64,000 nucleotides of DNA, from NCBI GenBank assembly GCA_964371255.1, contig CAYJKV010000001.1, forward strand, positions 99,140 to 163,139. Reading direction: 5' to 3'. How positions within the stretch are numbered: position 1 is the stretch's first letter; the number at the start of each line of letters is the position of its first letter. Under the pieces are notes generated by a model, which ran no database searches, was not told the DNA's origin, and saw nothing but the letters and a program-made list of their open reading frames with translations. Below are positions 57,540 through 64,000 of the stretch, piece after piece. Source of the stretch: an uncultured Candidatus Saccharibacteria bacterium (lineage in GTDB: Bacteria > Patescibacteriota > Andersenbacteria > UBA10190). Both the position numbers and the translations under genes were made by a program.

Positions 57540-57639
57540 GCTTAACGTTAGGGATATACGCAGTTTTTCTGGAACGAAGTGGAAGAAAAATTTGGGTGAG
57601 GGGCGAGCCGAGTCCCGAACCGCATATGCTGTGTTATAC
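57540..57639 (-). other. attC-like integron recombination site
   Basis: Minus strand GTATAAC-ACAGC-ATATGCG ... CGTATAT-CCCTAAC-GTTAAGC with internal hairpins. Confidence 0.65.
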
Positions 57640-57694
57640 GCCCCGACGACCGTAGGGGGAGAGCGCAGCGGGGCTTGAGTAATTTTCTGGGGCG

Positions 57695-58402
57695 TTAATC
57701 AATTTTGGTGTTATTGATGATGTCATACTTCAAATGCAGGTAAGAATCATTTAGTTTTTTCACTTCGGTTAATTTCAACGCTTTTATCAGACTTAATTCT
57801 TTAACAGAAGTTAAAGATTTTCCGTCGATCAAAGAGGACGTATCTTTTCCACCGATTAAAGTTGGTGCAACAACAATAGAGATTTTATCAATCAATTTAT
57901 TCCTTAAAAAAATCGAGTTTAGCGTTCCGCCAGTTTGGATAGTTACTCTATCAATTCCATAATCCTGTTTCAGTTTTCTGAACAAATCAACAAAATCAAT
58001 TTTGTTCTTATAGTAGATAATTTGCAGATTGTCGGCATCTTTCCTCTTGAAGGCAGGATGATTTTTGTTCGTGGTAATTATGTAAAGTTTCTTGCTTTTT
58101 TTAAGGAAATTATCTACGCCTGTTTTGTTAAGGTGTGGTTCATTGTCAATAATCAGAAAACTGACTGGCAATTTTATGAGATTTTTTTGAGGTTTGTTTG
58201 CCCCAACTTTTTCCATTACTCTGCCTGAATTTAATGAGTGAAAGTCGGTGGTTTTTTCAATATCATAATATTGCTTCAAGCCCTCTTTGATCCCTTGTAT
58301 TTTAGGAAAATCTTTATCGACATCTAATTTATCATTACTTCCCGTTGAAATTTTTCCATCAACCGAAGTGAGCATGAATAAAGTTGTGATTGGTTTGTCC
58401 AT
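57695..58402 (-). CDS. RibD C-terminal / dihydrofolate-reductase-fold reductase (putative gene cassette, AT-rich)
   Basis: TSVDGKIST, GIDRVTIQTGGTLNS, IDKISIVVAPTLIGG. Confidence 0.8.
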   Translation of the reverse strand: MDKPITTLFMLTSVDGKISTGSNDKLDVDKDFPKIQGIKEGLKQYYDIEKTTDFHSLNSGRVMEKVGANKPQKNLIKLPVSFLIIDNEPHLNKTGVDNFLKKSKKLYIITTNKNHPAFKRKDADNLQIIYYKNKIDFVDLFRKLKQDYGIDRVTIQTGGTLNSIFLRNKLIDKISIVVAPTLIGGKDTSSLIDGKSLTSVKELSLIKALKLTEVKKLNDSYLHLKYDIINNTKID

Positions 58403-58465
58403 AATATAAAACTAAATGATTCTTCTTTATAAAAACATCGTTTCGTAGCCCCAGAAAATCATTTT

Positions 58466-58525
58466 ACTTAACAGGTTGATATAGATACTTACTTTGGTAA
58501 AAGTATCATTAATAGTGTGTTATAC
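58466..58525 (-). other. Short attC-like site upstream of the reductase cassette
   Basis: Minus strand GTATAAC-ACACT...GATAC(TT)TTAC-CAAA-GTAAGTATC...GTTAAGT. Confidence 0.5.
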
Positions 58526-58701
58526 AAACTATAGATAGGATTGGCGTTTGGGGCACAGCAATATCAGAACGACGCAAATTTATATGCAAGTGACAAATCC
58601 GGCTTTAAAAAAGATAAAGAGCCCGCTGTGAGAAGTGGTAATCGTAGTCGATAATATATTCCTTTTGATTTATGCTGAAGATGAAGTAATATTAAAGTCC
58701 T

Positions 58702-59388
58702 ATGAGAATTGGTATCGACGCACACATCATATTAGCCAAGCATAAAAGGTATGACCCTAAGATTGCCAGGTATACGGAGAAGTTGATCGCGAATTTGATA
58801 GCCGCGGATAAAAAAGCTGAGCATACCTGGGTGCTTTTTTTCGACGCACGGATGAAGGGGTCAAAGAAATTGAAAAAGTTTGAGTTGCCAAATGTGGAAA
58901 TTAAGCACTTTCCGTTTGTTCAATACCGCAAGTACTTGCCGGTACTGTATTCGCACATGCTCATCTCGTCATTTCTGACCGCGGCCAGATTGGACGTATT
59001 CCATTCGCCGGAAGGTTTAATTCCTTTCCTTTATCCCGGCCGAATTGTCACCACCTTTCATTACGTACCGACCGGCGAAAGTGAAAGCAACATATTTGTC
59101 CGAACATTTATGTTAGGAGCGCGCGCGGCCTTTGCGCAGCTGTGTAAAAGAGCGAAAAAGATTGTGGTGAATAATGGGGCTGATAAAACATTGCTGCTGG
59201 ATAAGCATAGCTGTGATAATAAGCAGGTGATTGTCATGGCCACGGAGGACATCGCGCAAGTGGAATGGGACAAGCGGGTTAAGGATTTAATGGGCTTGTA
59301 TAAAGAAGTAGGACGGAAGAAGTCCAAAAAAACTCCGGTGAAAAAACTAGACAAAAAAGACAGGAAAAAAGGTTCAGATAAGAAATAG
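58702..59388 (+). CDS. Glycosyltransferase family 4 N-terminal-domain-only protein with a Lys-rich tail
   Basis: MRIGIDA, IARYTEKLI, LDVFHSP, IVTTFH; the GT-B C-terminal domain is absent. Confidence 0.7.
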   Translation: MRIGIDAHIILAKHKRYDPKIARYTEKLIANLIAADKKAEHTWVLFFDARMKGSKKLKKFELPNVEIKHFPFVQYRKYLPVLYSHMLISSFLTAARLDVFHSPEGLIPFLYPGRIVTTFHYVPTGESESNIFVRTFMLGARAAFAQLCKRAKKIVVNNGADKTLLLDKHSCDNKQVIVMATEDIAQVEWDKRVKDLMGLYKEVGRKKSKKTPVKKLDKKDRKKGSDKK

Positions 59389-59519
59389 TTTCGACGAGGA
59401 AAGGTGGAGCAATAGGCGGGGCGGTTTTGTGCTGCAGCTGTTAATAAAGATAGCAACAACTGAGAGGGGAAACCGCAACTTCACTTGGCATTAAAGCGCT
59501 GATGTGGTTTCTTAATGAT

Positions 59520-62510
59520 ATGGTAAAGAAAAGGCAACAATTTGAGGAGATCCCGTCCCGAGTGAACGTGAATGAGCTGGAACGGGGGATCTTGAGGTTC
59601 TGGGAGGATCAAAAAATATTCCAGAAATCGCTGGATATTAATAAAGATAAAGAGCAGTTTACTTTTTATGATGGTCCGCCCTATGCGACAGGGAAGCCTC
59701 ATTACGGTCATATTTTACAATCCGCGATCAAGGACACGGTCCTCCGATACAAGACAATGCGGGGATATTTTGTGCCGCGGCGAGTCGGCTGGGATTGCCA
59801 TGGATTGCCGGTTGAGACGTTGGTGGAAAAGGAAATGGGCATCAAGTCCAAAAGAGACATAGAAGATAAAATCGGCATAGAGCAATTTAATAACAAATGC
59901 CGGGAAACGGTTTTTCGTTATATTGATGATTTTACGAACACACTGAAAAGGATTGGCCGGTGGGCTGATTATGAGCAAGCTTACGCGACAGTGAATAGGG
60001 ATTACATGGAAACCGAATGGTGGGTTTTTAACAAATTATGGGAACAAGGTTTGGTTTATCGAGCGTTCCGGTCAACGCCATACTGCATCAGGTGCGCTAC
60101 GCCACTGTCGAATTTTGAGGTGACGATAAACTATAAAGATACCAAGGATACGGCTGTGTATGTAATGTTGCCGGTGGCGGGAGAAGATAATTTATTCTTA
60201 CTGGTGTGGACGACAACCCCCTGGACGTTACCGGGAAACGTGGCCGTCGCTTATAATCCTGATCCAAGTTTTGCTTACGTGGTAGTTAAGGATGGCGAGC
60301 GCAATTTGGTTTTGGAAAAAAGCCGGGCCGAAGTGCTGTGGGGCGACCAGGTTGAAGTGGTCAGGGAGCTGACGGGGGCAGATTTGGCCAAGCTAGCAGG
60401 CTATGAACCTTTATATCCGGAAGTGCTGGTTAACATGGAAGGGGTAGAAAAAAGGAAGATGTATACGTTAGTGAAGTCTGACCATGTTGTGAAGGATGAA
60501 GGTACGGGTTTAGTCCATATCGCGCCAGCTTTCGGAGAGGAGGATGCCGCGATTGGCAAAAGCCAAGGCCTGCCGACCTTGAGAACGGTGGACGTGGATG
60601 GGAAATTTACTAACGACGTAAAAAAATGGGCAGGGGAGAATATTTTTGCAGCCAATGAAAAAATCGTCACTGATTTAGAGGAGAGGGGCTTATTATTTAA
60701 GAAAGAGAAATATCAGCACAGTTATCCTTTTTGCTGGCGTTGCGATACGCCTTTGATTTATTACGCACTGAACAGCTGGTTTGTAAAAATTAACGGCAGC
60801 GGATTGAAAGAACGGATGCTATCGGCGGCGGAGAAAATCGACTGGACGCCTAAGCACATCAAGAAAGGCAGGTTTTGGAAGGGCATTGAGTCAGCGCCTG
60901 ATTGGGCGGTATCGCGCAATCGTTATTGGAGCGTACCGATGCCGGTCTGGCACTGTAAGCAGTGCGACACCCAGGTTTGCGTGGAGAGCATCGCACGGCT
61001 TCAGGCATTATCGGGTGCTAATAATGAGCAGGTTAAAGACATACATCGTCCTTACGTAGATGATATTACTTGGACTTGTTCATGCGGTGGGACTATGAAG
61101 AGAGTTGAAGAAGTGTTGGACGTTTGGTTTGACGCGGGATCGATGCCCTATGCGCAGTTGCACTTTCCGTTCGAGAATGAACAGCAGGCTAGGGATAGTT
61201 TTCCGGCAGACTTTATTGTCGAAGCGGTGGAGCAGACGCGGTTATGGTTTTATGTCATGCACGTGCTGGCCTTGGCTTTAACCGATAAGTCTGTTAGCCG
61301 ACAGGTTGGTTTAGGGGAGGACAGCCCAGCCTTTGTGAGCGCCATCGGTTCGGGATTAATTTTTGCTGAGGACGGGCGCAAGCTGTCAAAAAAGCTGAAG
61401 AATTATCCAGAGATGGAACCGACTCTGGAAAGATTTGGGGCAGATGTGCTGCGGCTATATTTACTGAGCAGTGCCAGTCTGGGAGAGCCTTATCGGTTTG
61501 CCGAGAAAGATTTAAGACGCATGCAAAGCAATACTTATATGACGTTGTGGAATGTTTACAGTTTTTTTGTACGATATGCCAACACGCACAATTGGCAGCC
61601 GAGCAAGCGGGCCGTACGATCTGATAATGTGCTGGATGTATGGATAACAGCTAGACTAAAAGATTTTAAGAACGAGGTGGTCAGAGCCACAGATAAGTAT
61701 CAGGTAGATAAGGCAGCGCGCCAATTTATTCCTTTTATTGATGATTTAAGCAATTGGTATGTGAGACGATCGCGCAATAGATTTCAGCGCCCCGTTGATG
61801 ATCAAGAAAGGGAAGCTGCATTTGGGACCCTGCATGAAGTATTAGTTGAGGTGTCTAAAGTAATGGCACCGTATATGCCGTTTGTAACGGAAGCCATTTT
61901 TAAAAACCTGATGAAGCATGGTGAATCTGTCCATTTAGAGAGAATATTGGAACCAGAAGAATTAGATGAGACGGAACAAAAACTGTTGCTGGAAATGGCG
62001 AAGGCACGGGAGGCCGTGGCCGTGGGGCTGGCGCTGCGCGCGAAAAGCGGTATCAAAGTACGTCAGCCACTCTGTGCCTTGTTGGTCAAAGGCGATCCGG
62101 TGAGTGAAACCCTAACAGAAATGATTCGCGAGGAATTGAACGTTAAGGCGGTAAACTTCGTAAAAGAGCTGGCCGACCGAGAGTCTTTGGTCAGGTCCGA
62201 GGAGGCAGGCAAACTGGAAGCAATGCTGGATACGGCAATTACCAAAGAGCTGAAATCCGAGGGGCAGGCCAGGGAAGTAGTGAGGCACGGCCAGGTGCTG
62301 CGGCGGGAAGCCGGTTATGCCTTGGACGATCGGATTGAACTGGTGTTTGCGACCGATGATAGTGAGCTGGAACAGGTATTAATAGACAACAAGAAATATA
62401 TTTTAGAAGCGCTGCAAGCAAACAAGGTAATAAAAAAGAAAGTGGCAGCCGATGAGGCTCAGGATTTAGAGATAGACGGGAAAAAATTATATTTAGGCGT
62501 GAAAAAATAA
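59520..62510 (+). CDS. ileS: Isoleucine--tRNA ligase (type 2 / archaeal-eukaryal-like)
   Basis: FYDGPPYATGKPHYGH, GWDCHGLPVE, WTTTPWTLP, DWAVSRNRYW, KLSKK, LSNWYVRRSR; type 2 C-terminus (LDTAIT..L..EG.ARE). Confidence 0.96.
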   Translation: MVKKRQQFEEIPSRVNVNELERGILRFWEDQKIFQKSLDINKDKEQFTFYDGPPYATGKPHYGHILQSAIKDTVLRYKTMRGYFVPRRVGWDCHGLPVETLVEKEMGIKSKRDIEDKIGIEQFNNKCRETVFRYIDDFTNTLKRIGRWADYEQAYATVNRDYMETEWWVFNKLWEQGLVYRAFRSTPYCIRCATPLSNFEVTINYKDTKDTAVYVMLPVAGEDNLFLLVWTTTPWTLPGNVAVAYNPDPSFAYVVVKDGERNLVLEKSRAEVLWGDQVEVVRELTGADLAKLAGYEPLYPEVLVNMEGVEKRKMYTLVKSDHVVKDEGTGLVHIAPAFGEEDAAIGKSQGLPTLRTVDVDGKFTNDVKKWAGENIFAANEKIVTDLEERGLLFKKEKYQHSYPFCWRCDTPLIYYALNSWFVKINGSGLKERMLSAAEKIDWTPKHIKKGRFWKGIESAPDWAVSRNRYWSVPMPVWHCKQCDTQVCVESIARLQALSGANNEQVKDIHRPYVDDITWTCSCGGTMKRVEEVLDVWFDAGSMPYAQLHFPFENEQQARDSFPADFIVEAVEQTRLWFYVMHVLALALTDKSVSRQVGLGEDSPAFVSAIGSGLIFAEDGRKLSKKLKNYPEMEPTLERFGADVLRLYLLSSASLGEPYRFAEKDLRRMQSNTYMTLWNVYSFFVRYANTHNWQPSKRAVRSDNVLDVWITARLKDFKNEVVRATDKYQVDKAARQFIPFIDDLSNWYVRRSRNRFQRPVDDQEREAAFGTLHEVLVEVSKVMAPYMPFVTEAIFKNLMKHGESVHLERILEPEELDETEQKLLLEMAKAREAVAVGLALRAKSGIKVRQPLCALLVKGDPVSETLTEMIREELNVKAVNFVKELADRESLVRSEEAGKLEAMLDTAITKELKSEGQAREVVRHGQVLRREAGYALDDRIELVFATDDSELEQVLIDNKKYILEALQANKVIKKKVAADEAQDLEIDGKKLYLGVKK

Positions 62511-62538
62511 AGCTGCTAAGGCAGGACATTAAAGGGAA

Positions 62539-62700
62539 GTGACATTATGAAATGTCACTAAAATAGGAGGCTGGGTTTGCTGCTTCTGCGCCCCCGCCCG
62601 ATGGCTTCGTCCTTCGACAAGCTCAGGGCTGCAGGCGCTCGGCGGGGGTCTCCCGAAGCGTCACCCGCGTTTATTAATAAATGACATTTCATGATGTGAT
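62539..62700. repeat. REP/MITE-like nested palindromic element
   Basis: GTGACATTATGAAATGTCAC (62539-62558) and an inverted variant (62681-62700) flank a GC-rich hairpin containing CCTTCGACAAGCTCAGG. Confidence 0.55.
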
Positions 62701-62794
62701 GTCTAAAGTAGTATGCCGGCTTGATTATCAGGGCTGGGTAATGTATTACAAATAGGCGTTTTGGACTTTGACCAATTGAATTAAGGAACTAGTT

Positions 62795-63349
62795 ATGAAC
62801 AATGAGCTGTCGTTGCATTTTCAGGAGCCGGGATTTATCGCGCGCCATGGACGCCTGACAGATGCTGAGTATGGCCAAGGCTTGGATAATATCGTGGTAG
62901 CATGTGTCGATGTGGCGGTGATGTGTGGAGCGAGGATGTTGGTGGGTCAGCGCATGAACGAACCTTATAAACATGGTTGGTGGATCTGTGGGGGCAGAAT
63001 GTTGCCGGGTGAACAGCGTGAGCAGACGGCCCGAAGGATCGTACACCGTGAGATTGGCTTGGAAATTTCAGCCTTGAAACGGTTCGAAGATTTGCAGTTA
63101 ACCATCCCCTTTGTCTGGTCGACTCGCGCCCAATTGCCAACGGAGTATGGTTGTCACATGGTAGGCATGTATTACATGCTGCGGTTGGACACAGGGGAAA
63201 AAGAGAGAATGACAAGGACAGAAGATTTTCTGCAACATGAGTGGGTAGATGTACTGGGCATAGCGAGAGGCGAGCCGGCTGGCATTGTTTGGCATGAAGC
63301 GATGCGCATGGTCGGACTGGCAGTCAGCCAGAGAATGAACGGGGGATAG
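62795..63349 (+). CDS. NUDIX hydrolase (GDP-mannose mannosyl hydrolase-like)
   Basis: VACVDV, RMNEPYK.GWWICGGRMLPGE....TARRIVHREIGL. Confidence 0.85.
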   Translation: MNNELSLHFQEPGFIARHGRLTDAEYGQGLDNIVVACVDVAVMCGARMLVGQRMNEPYKHGWWICGGRMLPGEQREQTARRIVHREIGLEISALKRFEDLQLTIPFVWSTRAQLPTEYGCHMVGMYYMLRLDTGEKERMTRTEDFLQHEWVDVLGIARGEPAGIVWHEAMRMVGLAVSQRMNGG

Positions 63350-63382
63350 ATCTGATGAAGGCGGCGTGACCAAGAATGTTGT

Positions 63383-63490
63383 TTTACCCCCACACCCAGA
63401 AAGCGCCGGCCTTTAAGGCCGGTGATGAATGGTTTTGATATTAGCTCCGCTAAAAAGCCCTGACCTTTAGGCCAGGGTGTAGGGGTTTAC
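63383..63490. mobile_element. IS200/IS605-like non-autonomous remnant (two terminal-type hairpins)
   Basis: GCCGGCCTTTAAGGCCGGT and CCCTGACCTTTAGGCCAGGG hairpins enclosed by CCCCACACCC / GGGTGTAGGGG. Confidence 0.5.
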
Positions 63491-63515
63491 ACGGACCGGG
63501 TCCGTGTTTTTTAAA

Positions 63516-63548
63516 CAAAAACTCCACCAGGATCAGGTGGAGTTTTTG
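63516..63548. terminator. Bidirectional intrinsic terminator
   Basis: CAAAAACTCCACC-loop-GGTGGAGTTTTTG between convergent genes. Confidence 0.8.
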
Positions 63549-63587
63549 CTTGCTTTATCCCACGGTCGCGGGATAAGTCAGGCAAGC

Positions 63588-64000
63588 TTAGAGATATTTC
63601 TTTAAGGAGACCACGAGTCCGAGAGAGCCGATAAGTATAGAAGCAGCGCTGGTTGTGCCTGCACCGGTAGCGGCGGTGACAGGAACAGCGATTGGCTTGG
63701 TAGTGGCAGCTGCAACGCGGCCTGGTACGGAGACGATAGTCGTGTCGGTGTCGGTATCAGACAAGCCTTTATTCTCGCTTCGAGCCTTGACAGAATTGAC
63801 TAGTGATTTTCCGTCCTGGGCATTCCGGTCGACACGAACCTCAACAAAGAATGTTAGGGATTCACCACCGCTCAGGGCGATGTCAGACCACGTGACTGTG
63901 TTGCCTTCGACACGGCCGTCGCTGGATACTTCAGTGATTGTGACTAAACCGGGAACGGTGTCTGTTATCTCAAGATCATCAATAGTACCTTCACCGTCAT
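63588..64000 (-). CDS. DUF11 (Ig-like) surface protein, C-terminal part, with a sorting-signal-like tail (partial)
   Basis: Own translation: DGEGTIDDLEITDTVP...TVTWSDIALSGGESLTF...LVNSV...VPVTAATGAG-hydrophobic-KKYL*. Confidence 0.8.
   Translation of the reverse strand, partial: DGEGTIDDLEITDTVPGLVTITEVSSDGRVEGNTVTWSDIALSGGESLTFFVEVRVDRNAQDGKSLVNSVKARSENKGLSDTDTDTTIVSVPGRVAAATTKPIAVPVTAATGAGTTSAASILIGSLGLVVSLKKYL

Noticed and set aside
57695-58402. Calling the cassette gene a dfr trimethoprim-resistance gene
   Set aside because: Motifs fit the RibD C-terminal reductase family rather than DfrA/FolA; resistance cannot be inferred.

Overview
Bacterial window in genetic code 11. It is most consistent with a Patescibacteria/CPR (Parcubacteria-like) genome; this is an inference from gene content, CPR-style pilus loci, many apparently leaderless genes and short intergenic palindromes. 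Layout: (i) 0-9.7 kb folate/thymidylate genes (folC, thyA, folA, glyA), pepA and znuBC. (ii) 9.7-28.3 kb a large type IV pilus locus with pilB, pilC, two sets of minor pilins (two with very cysteine-rich extensions), an embedded protein O-mannosyltransferase and two tandem pilMNO-X modules. (iii) 28.3-35 kb housekeeping genes, ending in smpB and tmRNA. (iv) 35-47 kb an accessory region. It opens with two integrase-free cassettes (1129 and 1592 bp) bounded by three ~140-bp direct repeats that each start with the tmRNA 3' end. It continues with single-gene modules, including a Planctomycete-like membrane protein, a Planctomycete-like CsrA, two paralogous 62-aa proteins, and an unknown enzyme behind a well-formed leader-peptide attenuator. 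(v) 47-64 kb glycosylation genes, truD, argS, a putative attC cassette cluster without integrase, ileS, a NUDIX gene and a partial DUF11 surface protein. All family assignments come from motif recognition by eye, not from database searches.
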